A stretch of 64,000 nucleotides of DNA from Tubiluchus corallicola (Eukaryota > Animalia > Priapulida): assembly GCA_030141605.1 (NCBI GenBank), contig JAQGDQ010000187.1, positions 248,001 through 312,000 on the forward strand, read 5' to 3'. The position numbers and the translations under genes are program-made. The notes beneath the pieces are model-generated. The model saw only the letters and a list, made by a program, of their open reading frames with translations. It was not told where the DNA came from and made no database searches. The stretch's first letter is position 1, and every line of letters starts with the position of its first letter. Positions 12,424 through 26,300 of this stretch are shown here, piece after piece.

Positions 12424-15154
12424 GAGCGCGTCCGCGAGAAGACCATGCAAAATCTAAAAATTCCGGCACAAGGTTAGGTAAACCGATTCAGACCAAAGTT
12501 CGGGTATGAGGTCCACTAGTCACTAGTATTCACTATGTGAATCCGCTTGGCCCAACTCCTCATAGTAGCAGACGTACGGTGTAGGCCGATTTTCATGAAA
12601 AAATGCCTATTTTTCTCTATGTTTTTACTCATATTTGAAGGATTAGTCATGCAGCAACTACTGAGTTTGAATAGATCTGACTCTGCACAGTATTGGATCT
12701 TGTTATCTTCTCCAAAATGACTTTTCGACTTTTGTCCCAAACCCCCCTCTTTCGGCTCTACTGGGGGTCTTTAAGCTTGCATTACGCACTAGATACAAAT
12801 ACTCAGTCATTTCAAAGTCTTATATCTCACCCACTGCGGGGGCGGGGACAAAAATATCGATATGTATGTGAATAGAGCATCCCATCCCACTATGCTGCAG
12901 TGACAATTTCGATGGAGCGAATTTCCACCCTATTGTAAAAGTAAAAAACCCCTGAAAGAGGCATACATCAGGGTGAAAATATAGGTAACAACGTTCATCA
13001 AAAAGCTTCGTGTAGGTAAACATGAGTTGTCAAATCTTGTCAAAATACTTCAAAACATCATAAATATTCATCTTCGGCAACTAGGGGCCTGGACAGCACA
13101 TTGGTTAAAAGTACCGACAGGATTGGACTCCAGCGTTCAAGATGGCAGCCACTGCTGAACTAAAATGTTCGTTTTCTGGGCTGTTTACCCGCGTTAAATG
13201 CGGTATTCTGACTAGTTATCCGCACGAAACGAATATTGTGAATCTATTAGCCTGTACTAAAGACACTGGACCGCATTTAGAGCGCTTCCTATCTTAAAAA
13301 AAGTAATATCTACAGAATGGAAATTGCTTCTTGCAAGGACTGGAAAATGTTTTATGTACTGTTTATGTTCTATGCTTTGTAAATGTTATGTACAGGTTAT
13401 TACCTAGTTATTACTAATTGTCTTACATAAGCGTACAAGCCAAGACACAAAGAAAATTGCCCTAAATCTGAGCGAATGCCCAAAAAATATGGGACAGACT
13501 TGATACCATTTGTCCGGTGATTTTTTGACTGTAAAACATCGAAAAATTTTGTGCCATTGGCGCAATCATTCAGTCACACTATTAATATTTTTTGTCAGAA
13601 GTATCGATTTTGTGCCACAAATACATTTTGGGCGAAGAAAAGTTTTCTGAGCTAAATATCACTGCCATACCCCTAGAAGCGGCCCATACGCTTATATTGT
13701 CTCATGTTTAGACTGTAAGAGTTTCACTTTATCACTTTCCCCATGATATATTTGTCTATATTTCTGTATCTATCTTTTAGTGATAATCTACCTGCATCGA
13801 TAATTCTTTCTCTATTATTTAGATATTATGGTTTTGATTACTTGTACTACTCTTCAGTGATAGGATTATGCTGCTACAATAGGAACAGTATTTTGGACTT
13901 AGAGAAATTAATTCTGACTGAGTTTTGTAGTTTTTCATTTTTGTACTGATATTCATAATCTTCTATGTATAGCCATGAAGCTTATTCATATAAAAAGTAT
14001 AAAAAATGAACGGATGTATAAAAATGAACGGATTTCTATTTTATATGTATTCTTTCGCTAGCAATGACTCTCAATCTTAACAATCGGTACTTCTTTTCTA
14101 TTAGAGGGCTTATTGTTTAGTCTTTCCTGGTATCCACTAGCGATTCAGTGTGTAGAAAATGCCTTGAATCAAGGTCGGACTCAGTACCTGGTGCATGCAT
14201 GATGTCCTGTCCTGAAATCCATCAGAAGAGGCAATTATTCATATTTGTAGTCATATGAAAATTCCGACATAACTAAACCAATTTAAGATGAAATTCGCAA
14301 ATTTCTAGCAATTTCCATGGCAAAGGAATCTATTGCTCCTAGGAAATGAGGGCAGTAGTCACCGAAAATGCAGGTTAAACATGGCTAAATGTCTACTGTC
14401 ATATACGATCTGAGCCAAGTATGTCTACTTTTTACACATGGACGGAATTACTATGGAAAGTAAAAAAGTGTGTTGATATGGCAATTTTTTCTAACAGTGC
14501 CCCCTTTATATAATGTCATTCGTCATATTATCTCAGCTCGTGCGTTTTCATGAAATTTAGAATACAGATTTATCACTTATAATCCAGCATATAGATAGAA
14601 AAAATATTGAAAACCTAAAAAAAATGCGAATTTTGCTGATTTTTGTGAAATTTTAAAGTGCCAGTACTAAATACTGAAACAGGCTCCAGCGAATTTTCTT
14701 TTTTATATTATTAGTGAGGATGATGGTTAACACATACATGAAAACCAGAAGTTCTGTAGCCCCGCACTTGGCGAGTTATGAGCCTTACAACTTAACCTCT
14801 TCCTTGACTCTTAACAAAGAGCCGAATTTGAAAAATCCTGTTCTCTGATACTACTAATAGTATATCAGAAAAAGTTAAGATATCAGAAGACAATGTCTGG
14901 GTCTATGTACCAGCCAACTTACATAGACCCATTTATAATAGTTTATACAAGAGAAAAAGTTAAAATAACCCCCCAAAATAGCGATTTTTTGCCTCTTTTG
15001 AGTTCAATTTTTTTGATGTGGTCATTTCTCTGCTAATAGTAGTTCGATCGATTTGATATCTTGGTGACATGGTTTTGGGGGTTTAGAAAAAAATGATATA
15101 AATTCGTCACCCTTCATGTGCCACCCTCTGCATGGTGCTCTCGCGGACTCGTTC
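12424..15154. mobile_element. 2.73-kb non-autonomous TIR DNA transposon with TTAA target-site duplication (Kolobok-like)
   Basis: TTAA at 12420-12423 and 15155-15158. 26-bp TIRs gagcgcgtccgcgagaagaccatgca / tgcatggtgctctcgcggactcgttc match at 22 of 26 positions. Termini begin with two purines. No transposase ORF. Confidence 0.8.
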
Positions 15155-15222
15155 TTAACCTTTTTTAGTAAAGTGCAGCCATACTGATAATACGGTAGTA
15201 CTGGACTTTTGTAGATGAGAGT

Positions 15223-15628
15223 TTTTGTTTTCTTGGTTAAATGGCCTCTGGCTTGTCGTGAAATAACGGTTAACCAGGTTATAAATTTGCCATAACCTTG
15301 TCATAATCGGGGCTGCCGAGAGAAAAAATGTGCTGATGAAATTGGAGCTCCCAACCATTTTGTTTTCTTGGTTAAATGGCCTCTGGCTTGTCGTGAAATA
15401 ACGGTTAACCAGGTTATAAATTTTCCATAACCTTGTCATAATCAGGGCTGCCGAGAGAAAAAATGTGCTGATGAAATTGGAGCTCCCAACCATTTTGTTT
15501 TCTTGGTTAAATGGCCTCTAGCTTGTCATGAAATAACGGTTAACCAGGTTATAAATTTTCCATAACCTTGTCATAATCAGGGCTGCCGAGAGAAAAAAAT
15601 GTGCTTATGAAATTGGAGATCCCAACCA
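15223..15628. repeat. 135-bp tandem repeat, three near-identical copies
   Basis: The unit ttttgttttcttggttaaatggcctct...ggagctcccaacca recurs at 135-bp spacing with only a few substitutions or indels. Confidence 0.95.
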
Positions 15629-16594
15629 TACGTAACTGAGTTTGGATTCCCCCTTATCGAGTCAGCTTATGTGTCTGAAAACAAACAGCTATCGCATATC
15701 TACCGTATAGCAGTACTATTTATACTATTAAGAGTCTGTTTGCCCCAGCATTTAAAAAATAGGCGTGTCTAGCAAATGACAATGGCGGTGAAAAGTCAAA
15801 TTTATAGAGTCATATAGATTGACTTGCAACTTGCAACTAATGATGAGATCCGGCCTTGCCGTAGCCGTAAAGGGATCGTCGAAATAGAACAATGTCGTGC
15901 AGCAAACACTCCCAAGAGCCTCTACCTGGATTTTTACCTCTAGCTGACAAGTAATCCTGTGGGCGTGGAGAGCGTTTATAACGAACCTGCACGGATGAAA
16001 AAAAACCCGATTGATAACTTACAGAACAATGAACCCCTCGCTTAAATCGCAACCACTGTACTCAAAGGTAATTTCAGATATATCGAAGAGGACAGAAGAC
16101 GAGATGAACTCGTTGCAAGTTATCCGCTCATAGGTTTTTTGTGGAAACTGGAAGCGTAAATAATGGTTGGTTACTCGTTGGTTACTAATGGTGCCATACA
16201 AGATTAAGAGCATGTGCTATGTCATTGTGAAAAACTGTTTTTTGAGAAATAAAAGACTATCTATTAGCTAACTTCGCTCGCCTACACTAAGCTAGTCATT
16301 AATTTTGTATCTAATTGTTTCAAGTCTTTTTAATTGTTAATTGGTCAATTTAAGTATTGTTCTCGTTGGACAAGTTTCCTTTTTGTTAAATTCTTATCCT
16401 GTAACATGTAGTTTAATTGTAATGTTTAGTCTATAAATCTAATCTAATCTAAATCTAATCTAACTAGTTAATGCCTGCTTCACTTTTAAAGCATCCTAAT
16501 TCTTTTGATTAGTTGACTAACCAAGCCTGTTCTAGCTATTCCTTGTAAGGACTTGCACTAACATTCCCTAAGAAACTTTGGCCGAAATCTTCTG

Positions 16595-16719
16595 TGACGT
16601 CAGCACCAATAGAGAAACTCGGCAAAAAACTAATCTGTATCGACTTTGACTAAGCATAACATGGACCGGAAGTAGGAAAATGGGTTTTTATTGGGGAAAT
16701 TTCCCGTTTCCTAGGTAAC
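16595..16719. promoter_or_regulatory. Promoter-like motif cluster: CRE, CCAAT, ETS, RFX X-box
   Basis: TGACGTCA 16595-16602, CCAAT 16606-16610, CCGGAAGT 16666-16673, GTTTCCTAGGTAAC 16706-16719. Confidence 0.5.
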
Positions 16720-18098
16720 TTTGAGCTGCCAGTTAAATAGCCTATCACTTTGTGGATTTTACTGAGAGCATTTGAGAGGAACGGCAAATTGCTAAAGTTA
16801 ACGTGGCAAATATACACACACAAGCCTATTCTTTAACCGCAGAGTCAACAAACTGCGGTTATCCAATATCCGTGCATGGATTGAAACTTAAAAGCTCGTA
16901 GGAACTTCATGAATAATTTTTGACAGCTACTTCTTGATAAATGTTAGGGTTATAAGCTTTAGATTAAGAAACGTAATAATTCTCCCTTAGCTTAGAAAGT
17001 CAATTACTGATAATTGGACCTATTATCAAATGAGTGTTCATATTGCCGAGGTAAAACAATGGTTCACAATTGTTGAGTCATTGTTGATTCTTAGAGATTG
17101 ACATATTTGCAACGGTTAACAAATAGAACCTTATTTTGAAGCGCGTACAAAATTCCATTTGAATTTGTTTGCTCGAATGTAGCTTCGTGTTATTTTGTTT
17201 TGCAGCACTTTCACATCGTAATTTCACTTTGTTCATATCGTATTTATTGTATGCAGAGTATCAGTCACGTCTTCTGAGAATACGAAGCATTTGTTCTCTG
17301 TAGGAGCCATCTTTGTTACGAAGGTTCATTTAGGATGTTGAGAATGGTTTTAGAAAGTTTAATGCAAATTTATCGGTACTACAAAACTGTGATTAATTTT
17401 GTTGCTTTTACTAGTCTCTTTTTAGTATAGGTACCAAATGAAGCAGTTTATTGGCTGTAGATGCGTTGCGTGTAACACTAATGGATTTATATATTCATAT
17501 AGCATGGGATTTAGAATTACAATTTGCATTAAAAGATGTAATGAAGTGCAAGATAAGATTGTTTTCTCAATCAATTTATTTGGTTGCATTTTAAGCTAGT
17601 TCCACAGATTGTGAGTGAATGTGGACTTTATAGAAATTCGTATTTATTAGTAAAAATTTTTGGGAACGATCTGTGCTACTAATATTGAATAATGTCCAAA
17701 AGAAACTCCACGAAAATCACGCTCTTATCACGCAAGATTTAAAAATCAAACACTACATGGACAAGTGCGCATGTCTGACATTTCTTGCTGCCTGCACACT
17801 CATCACCGACTTCAGTACCTGCGACATATTGCCGGCCTGCATCTGGCCGGCGGTAGGTGTCTAATTCCTGTGTTCTCCGGGCAAGAATGATTAACGGGAT
17901 AAGTATTTTGAAACGATGGTTTAAACACAATATAGTTAATTCAGACTTGCCGATATTTGTTATATTTTAAATGCACTGACATTTTTAGCACAAGTAAAAT
18001 ACACTGTGTGTCTGTTAGCTGAATATTGCAATTCAAAATTTTTGAGCTGCCGAAATTTTCTTGGGAATGGTTGATCGTACTTTGTCAAAGATTATGAA

Positions 18099-18213
<115 letters not shown>

Positions 18214-19186
18214 CATCCCTCTTCTTTTTCTCTCTCCATTCTCTGTCTCCATCTTTTTTCTCTTTTTCTCACTGCACCTTGCGTCTTTTCCTTTCAGTCC
18301 CGATTATTGATTAGTCACAAAAACCAATAATTTCACGAACATTTTACCATCATTCGTTGAGTTTTGCCACTTCATATCAATGCGGCATTAACATGTGAAA
18401 CGAGGTGAACTATCGTTCTAAAATATTTAAACCAGAAGATAAACCATACGTTGCCTAACTGAGCAAAATTGATGTCCGTTTGCAATAACGGCTGTGTTAA
18501 TTATAACATTTTCTTTTCATCAAATATCAGCCTCGACAGCTTTTCCAGAAAATACTTTCTCAGCTCTGCGCGCTTGCTGGGCAGCATTAACTGAAGTCTG
18601 TTCGATTGACGAAGTGTGGTTACGCCTTTATTTTCAGGTGTTTAGCTGTTGTCAGATAATATTTTATCCTGTTAACGCTTGTAACATCAAATCCGTAGTT
18701 TTATTATAGAACTTATTTACAAAAAAATGAAAAAAATATTAGCAGTTATATTGGTTTCGACGACTAAGCCGATTTTGCTTTTACTTGTGAAAATGCTGTT
18801 ATTCGTTTATCTAATTACGTGACAGTCATACTGTTGCTCATGTTTAATGGAGCATTGTACAGATTACTATCTCATTTATTATCTTTCATTTTTTAATTAA
18901 AGGCGCAGTGCGCCTGCGTGCCAGCCTTGGTTAACCAATTTTCATTAGTTGCTGAAAACTTTTGTGACGTATTTAAACTGCAATCAACTTCTTTCTCTCG
19001 CAAAATGGACTAACTGTTCGCTAAACTGGTGTGATTAAGTTATAATTGAAACCCAGGCAGGTTCTACATCACTTGCTGCGATATGATTAACCGTTGTAAA
19101 CGCACAATCTATATTTATCTCCTGATTGTAGTCAAGCTCGATGATTTAACACAGTGATGTTAATGGGAGGTTGATAGCTTGATAAA

Positions 19187-19265
19187 TTTATTCGTTTGTT
19201 CATTCATTCATTTGTTCGTTCATTCACTCACGCATTCATTCACTCACTCATTCATTCATTCATTT
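19187..19265. repeat. Degenerate (TTCA)n tract
   Basis: Directly visible; a similar tract lies near 11447-11520. Confidence 0.8.
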
Positions 19266-22200
19266 GTACGTTACGTTTGCTTGATTTTATTTGTTCATTG
19301 ATCAATTTTCTTGTTTGATCTTTTGCTCAGTTTCCATTAAATTGGTTCATTCATTCAGTTGTTCTTTGGTTGATTCGTTCGCCTGTCCTCTGTTTCTTCA
19401 TTTGGATTCCAATACTTGCGCATTAGTAATTTTTTCATTGTTAAATGGTAGGTTTGTTCACTCATGGAATTGCGGCTGCAGTACAGACATTATTGAAGAT
19501 TTATACTAGCTTTCTCTTGTTTCGTTTTCGTTTACTATATGTAACTACATATAGATATTTATAATTAAAATACATGTAAGAACTTAAAATAATTAAAGAA
19601 CTTAAGATACGTTCAGATTCCTTTTGCATAGCTTGAAGGACAGTGAAGAACACAATTTGTTGGGTTGGGTTTATTAGCTACTTGCAATGTTAGCATGAGC
19701 GAGGTGCAAAAGTGACAGTGGTCTGCGTAACTTGTGAAGTTTCCCTGAGGCACTGCAGGCGAAGCGTATAGCTAATAGGTTACAAATGTTGCGTTGCACG
19801 TAATACCGTTTGAATGGACACGGGAAGACCTTGAACAAATGCTACTGGCATTATCTCGCGTGACTTTCGAGCTAGGGCTTCATTAATTTTACGGTCTAAT
19901 TCTGATGCAGCTGTGCTTACTACGTCTTCGTGTTCACTGGGCGAGGTACACGTAACTGTACATTCAAAATAATGGAATTAATTTAACACAAATTTTGACA
20001 ATTTGCTTTTAAATGCTTAGCCTGTATTTAAGCATGGAATCATTTAGGCCGCCTAAAATCTTCAGTTCTCGTCTTTACTTCTCGTCTCCGTCAGCCTCCA
20101 ACTACACTGTTCTAAGTATTTGCGAACCTATCTCCTAATTAGCCTAAGATTACATTGGGAAATGAAGATAGTGACGTCTGCGAAAATAATATTTTTTTCA
20201 CTTACATAAGATTTTTTACCCGGCTAAAGCAGCTTTTATATATTTTTTGCAACAAAGCGCTGCAAATTTGTTAGTAAAATGTACAGTTTCATAGTTTGTC
20301 GCCACCAAGATTAGAGATTATTTTTTACTAACGCTTCTTCGCCGCAGTATGGCAGGCGGATATTACTGAATTAGCAAGAGCATGTTTTGCTAAAACACAT
20401 TTTCCATTCGCATTCATCCAAGTGCTAAGTGGAGGAAGTAATGCTTAACTGAACAGAAATTACTCTTAAATTAACTAGCCTCACATTTTAGTTTTTTCAG
20501 ATACGTATATACCGTGACTCTACAGGCGAATGTCTGTAAAGTTTGGATTTATCCTGATTTCACGAAGTCATGTCGTGCTACATGGAATTATGTTTGGAGT
20601 TGCAAAATAATATAGTTGATAATTAATATTTATTAAGATTCAAGCCATCTCATAAGGATGCATGAAAAGATGGATAATGAGATGTTTATGCTAATTAGAT
20701 TCAAATCAGCGGAAATTGATGTTCATTTGCATTTTTATATAACTATCCGAATACACACTGTGGCTTTGCACAAACTTACCATTGTGCACTGAGCGCATAT
20801 TTCATGATATCATTGTGTCTGTAACAAAACAAAATTAAGTGGCTGTGGCTTCTTGCTACTGTTTTTTATTAGTTTGTCAAGTCTGACAAAAAAATTAAGA
20901 CTTAGACATAAATAATTATGACAAGCGTTTTAATTTTCCACAACATATCATTAATGCTGCCACATGTAATTCGAATTAGTGCGAGTTACTTGCAACTTTA
21001 TTAGTTCGAACAGAGTTGTGCGACGGAGTCGACCGTGTGTATGTCTGTAACGTAACACGAAATAAATATTCTGTAAACGTCGCTGAGAAATATTATCTGT
21101 GGAATCATTTTTTTATATTAAGTAAGAGCAGACCATGGAAGAATCTCAGCCAAGTAATTCAGTTGCAGGGCTTGCGTGATAATCTGATCTTGTGCTGCTA
21201 TCTATCGTACAAATTGGCTTCAGCGGATCACCAACTCCGTTGCTCTAAGGCTTCATGCACGTACGTAGTAGTGTAGTAGTGCTAATAATTTCTATAGTTT
21301 ACGACTTGTAAGTGCTGCCATCTAATCTGGGGAACGAGCGAAAATCAAACAATTAACACACCGTGTGTTAGGATAAATCTACTAGAACCGAATATTCTTG
21401 TAGGTCGTGAACACATTCGTGTTCACAGAAACTCAAATCCATAAATACATCAACAGAGAGGCGAAAATACAAAATAAATGTACAATGTTTTGGTAGTGGT
21501 ACAATAATTAAATAGCCCATTTATTGTGTAAAAGAATACTAAATACATACATGTGCACGCACACCTGTCAGAAGTCCCCAGGGTATAATATTATCTACCA
21601 AGCGTTTCCAAGGTAACGGAACGAATGTATTCAAACTTGTTATACAAGTAGTGCATGGCGAGGGGTCGAAACCTAGTTGACTCAAACGTCGAAAGAGTCT
21701 TTAATTTTCACAATACATGTCGTCGAGCGAAATGAACCTTTTTCTTAGATATGTACTGGAAAACAGTGTTAATCAGAAATCCGCCTTGTTAAAAACGCAT
21801 CTATAAACGGAGCAGGCAGAATTGAGATTTAAACTCGCTTTACACCTTTTTTTACGCAATTCGCACCAAACAAAGCAAGGGTTATTCGGGGTAAAGGCAC
21901 AATTTATATAACTAATTTGTTAGAAGCTATCTGTTGAAATTTTCCTTGTATCAAATGATTGTAATTTTAGGATAGCAATTGTTTAGTAGAGAATACCACA
22001 GATAAAAAGCTAAGAGGGAAAAGGTGGATTTATAAGCCGTTTGGGTTTATAATCTTGGATCCCGATTTGATTCAATGATCTAATGATTTAATCTTATTAG
22101 CTTGCTAAGCATTGAAATTCCCACTAAAAATACAGCAAGAAAGTGTAAACTTCCCTTTTTAATTGCGGGTTGCGTGCTGGCTTGATGGTACATCACCGTG

Positions 22201-22859
22201 CTGCTTTCACTCGCTCGCATGCAATGCAATGTGTTCTTCTGTGTTAAACTAAATGTTAATTTTTTTTCAAATAGCCTTTAGCCTTTCTAATTTTCTTGGA
22301 AAAAGCATAGTAAGTTGGCAACGTTGTCTGTCTAATAGCAGACCGCACAAAATGGCCATACAACCTTCAAAGTTCTTTTCGTTATGACCTCATATGTCTA
22401 TAATCCGTAGGAAATTTTGCTGATGGCCGTGTTGAGTTGGACGTGTCCGTTAAATCCGCTTTGTTTATTATGCTCTAAATCTTATTGACTGTCACTTCAG
22501 CTTTGGCACAAGATGACCTTGACATTTAAATGAGACTAGTTGGCAATCTGTTAGAGAGAAACCTTTCCATTGTAGCACATGGAAAGATGCTGTGAATCAC
22601 ATAATGAATGAAATGAAAAAGCTCATTCTCAAGAGCTAAATATAAATATAAACCTGTATACGTTAAATTTAGATCTACGTAGTTGGTCAGTGGTCACCGT
22701 TAGTTACGCACGCGTTTTGCTCTCCCTCCTCTTAACTGACAAGCTTAATGAAGCATAAGGCTTATAATATGAGAGCTTTTCTGAGACGTGCCATCATTAA
22801 CACGAATAAAACGGTGAATGCCATTTAAAGTCTCAGAATGGATTATTTATTTCTTTATT

Positions 22860-24200
22860 TCAGGGATTTCTCCCTTACAGGCCTCATCAGATGAAAATTA
22901 CAGATAAAACAGTATGTACTAGTGTGAAAAAAGAAAATTAAAAAAACAGTAGTTCACTATCATTGATTTAGAACACAATAAGTTAGAAAGAGTTAAAACG
23001 ATTGCATAGGAAGAAAAAGCCAAGCAGTATACAATAGGTCTTGCCAGAATAAAAGCTAATTATGTGACTCCTTTATATGTTGAAAGGGCAAAACAGATGC
23101 GGAAAAAGAAACGTAAGTTGCTCTTTTTGTGATTCGTGTACAAGTAAACACGGAAATGAGACCGACAGGCGAGTACAAATCCAAGAAGAATGAGCACTTG
23201 CACATTTAAGCGAGAGTGAGGAGGAGAGATTGGTGAGCTTTTCAACTATTCTGTGGAAGAAGTCATTAGGTTAGCAAACGAGTAAACCACACTTGAACTT
23301 GGAAAAGCAAAACTTGCTAATTTACTAGAATTTCTAAGGAGTTTCACAATCAGTTTTTACCACAGTCTTAGAAACTGGCTATGATGAAACGCCGGACGAA
23401 TAAGCTTTTCAAAACGTTCATCTTAAGAAGCTAATGGAGCAGATTCTGATGAAACTGCAGCCAGTACAGAAACGTTACATAGCGTAAAAAAGAGGGAACC
23501 ATCGAAATCTCAAGCTGAAAAAAGAGCAACAGAGTCATTTTATCTACGAGGCTGATGAAAATGAGGAATCATAGACAAGAACTTTAAATTTCCTCATCCA
23601 AAAACATGCAAGAAAACGGGACAAACACGACGATTGCACGAAAAAGGCAAATGTAATTTTTCCATCCGAAGTTGTGACGATCGTCTCTCGCAGGAAGAGA
23701 GTGCCACGATCAAAATTGTAAATACGTTCATGTAAGAAGTTCGAAGAGACTAGAGATAACAACCAACACACCCGTCACCAACTCATTCACATTAGTCAAT
23801 TCCACAAAGTCGCAAGATCAAGACACCTACGCAAAAATAGCCAGAAAGCCGTCTGACGTTCAGGAACGACAACAAAAAAACAGTCTTTATGGCTCGTTCA
23901 GACTAGCCATTTTCTCGCCAGAACTAGCAAGCCTGGCGAGACCAGTGAAGTGAACAAAACTTGCTGCGAGTTACTCTCCGACAGGAAGCACGACTTGACA
24001 CTCCATTCTCTATTCACTGAGACGTGCGTCGAGGGTAACGCTTTGAGGTCTTCACACTAGACAGTAGTTCTACTCATGGAAATCAACTTGCAGCAACTGT
24101 CGAAGACTTTACAAAAACTTGCCAACAGTAACTCGCAGAACAGTTTGCACTTGCGAATTTACTGTCAGAGAGAAAACTCGCGACAGAAAATTCGCTAGTC
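22860..24200 (-). mobile_element. Highly decayed CR1/L2-like LINE remnant
   Basis: Minus-strand fragments CDFVELTNVNELV and LLSLVSSN resemble APE endonuclease C-terminal motifs, and there is an A-rich tail near 22850. Many stops. Confidence 0.3.
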
Positions 24201-26127
24201 TGAAAATGAATTGAACACTGTTTTCAAAGACATAATAGTTAATTTAGGCATAGATGGATTAGCATCAGAAGTCACTCGTGAAGATCCGTTTAGTGGCAAG
24301 TGTACGTGCCTAGCTATATTACTTTGTAAGGATGAACCTCTTTTGTTTGACATACGTGTGCAGGAACCTTTTATTAGCTTTTATCACCCATCTATTGTAT
24401 TTAAATGTCAAAATCAGTGAATTTAATGTCCGTCACTGAATTTAATTAAGCCGGACATCTGACAATGTGTTATGATGCAATATATCACGATAACGATCTA
24501 AATATAAATAATAAATTCTTTTCAAGAGCACCTAGCATTATTAATTCCAGTGGTCATAATCTAAATTTATTTGTAAAACGTGTGATTGTTTTAAATATTT
24601 TTAGCTCATGTGTCTTTAAAATCTAAAACTTTCTCCCAAGACAAATAAATGCGCAAACCAAGTCATTTTTTAAAAACATTAAAAAATGTTGATTTTTCAG
24701 CAGCACAGATAATTTATTTTGTTGGTGGTTATGTCAGAACCGGAATCTAGCTAGTTACTCAAAAATAATAAGCCTGAGTTTAGCCACATTTTCCCCGAAT
24801 GAGGAAAATAGTCACGCACAGCGTGGAAAGTGAAATTGCCTAGAAACGTTTTTACTGATGGTCATCTCGTTCGTTTAGTAATCAAGTTTAGCATTGCGTA
24901 ATTTCGGTTAAGCACCCACCGCGATGTCTCGGCCATACAATATATTTCTTCCTAAAAATGATCTCTAAGTATAATCCCATACACTGAAGCCTGAAAATAG
25001 TCACTTAGCCACAAATAAATGGGAAGCAGTTGATGTTTAGGATGAACGCTCAGAATAATTGTTTAAGCAATCGCGTATAATGAGCCTAACCAATAATAGG
25101 CATATAATACGTAGAAAATCTGAGTTTCAGTAAGCTGCTAATTTTAATTTTAACAGGAATAGTTTACAATACAGACAGTTTCAGCTACTTAACCGACCAA
25201 CCAACATCAGGTCAAACGAGCAACCAACATTAACTCGCTCATTTTGTGCACCATGTTGCTTATTTTAAATATTAAGTTACTCAAAGTAAGCAATTTTATT
25301 TGCTCTCTATTAATACGTATTAGCACCACAAGCTGTCACGGAGCATAATAAAATAACCATAATAACTCGAACAGCAACACAAGATTATAACTAAATAATA
25401 AAGAACTCTAATCTATTAATTTCAAATGTACACGAAAAGAATAGGCTTATCAGAACAGAATTATCTCTAAATTGTACAAAATGCAGACTAGTTGAACCGT
25501 ATTCAAGCAGTATTCCTCTGTGTGTTCCTCGCCTATGTTACTCCGTACCAATAGCATTAGATATGAACCACTGTCCAACAGTCCACTAGCTATAGCGTTC
25601 GACCAACAGCAATACAAGATAGCTGTTTCCAGTAGCTTCACTGTCAACCAAGACGGCTACCACTACACCAATCACCCGTCCAGAACGTCTTATCAACTCC
25701 AGGACATCAATTATAATAACAACTCAGCTGTTTCAGAGGAGGTGTTTTCATCACGAGTTTAAAAGGAATGACGCAGATATGAGAAAATTGCCAATATATA
25801 ACACCTAGAGCATGTGCAGAGCTAGTGACATTATTCAAGCAAAAACTAGAAAACAGTTGCTGTTTAAAAGTTAACCCACTTGGGATTGTTTGCTAATTAC
25901 TAACTCTTGACGACGTGACGCAATGGGAAATGTAAGCGAGTTCAATTACACTATATTGAACGTGCCTACTTCGTATCATAGACAATAACTACTTTAATAT
26001 AATAAGAACCATTAATACACAACATTAAGAATTAATCTTCATTCACAACACTTTCCCTTAAGTAACTTGTGCAGCTTAGTTTTAACTATCTTTCATTCGT
26101 TTTTCTTTCATATCGATTAGCTTGTAT

Positions 26128-26300
26128 CTTTTCTTTTCTCTTCTGTTCTGTTCTCTCCTTTCCTTTCTCTTCCTTCCTTCCTTCCCGCTTCTTCCGTTTA
26201 AATCCTTTATTTTCTTCTATTCTCTCAGTTCTTACCCTTTCTTCCCTTTCCCTCCTCCTTCTGTTCTGTCACTTCTCCTCCTCCTCCTCCTTTTGCTTTT
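26128..26300. repeat. Pyrimidine-rich low-complexity tract
   Basis: Almost exclusively C and T. Confidence 0.85.

Noticed and set aside
15155-15628. Regularly spaced repeats as a CRISPR array, and ORF 15155..15493 with a duplicated peptide
   Set aside because: The units are contiguous 135-bp copies with no unique spacers, there are no cas genes and the context is eukaryotic. The ORF is just the repeat translated.
25450-25800. Possible L2-like LINE 3' fragment or small gene
   Set aside because: Similarity to LINE motifs is too faint to support by eye, and there is no splice-consistent reading into PDE4.
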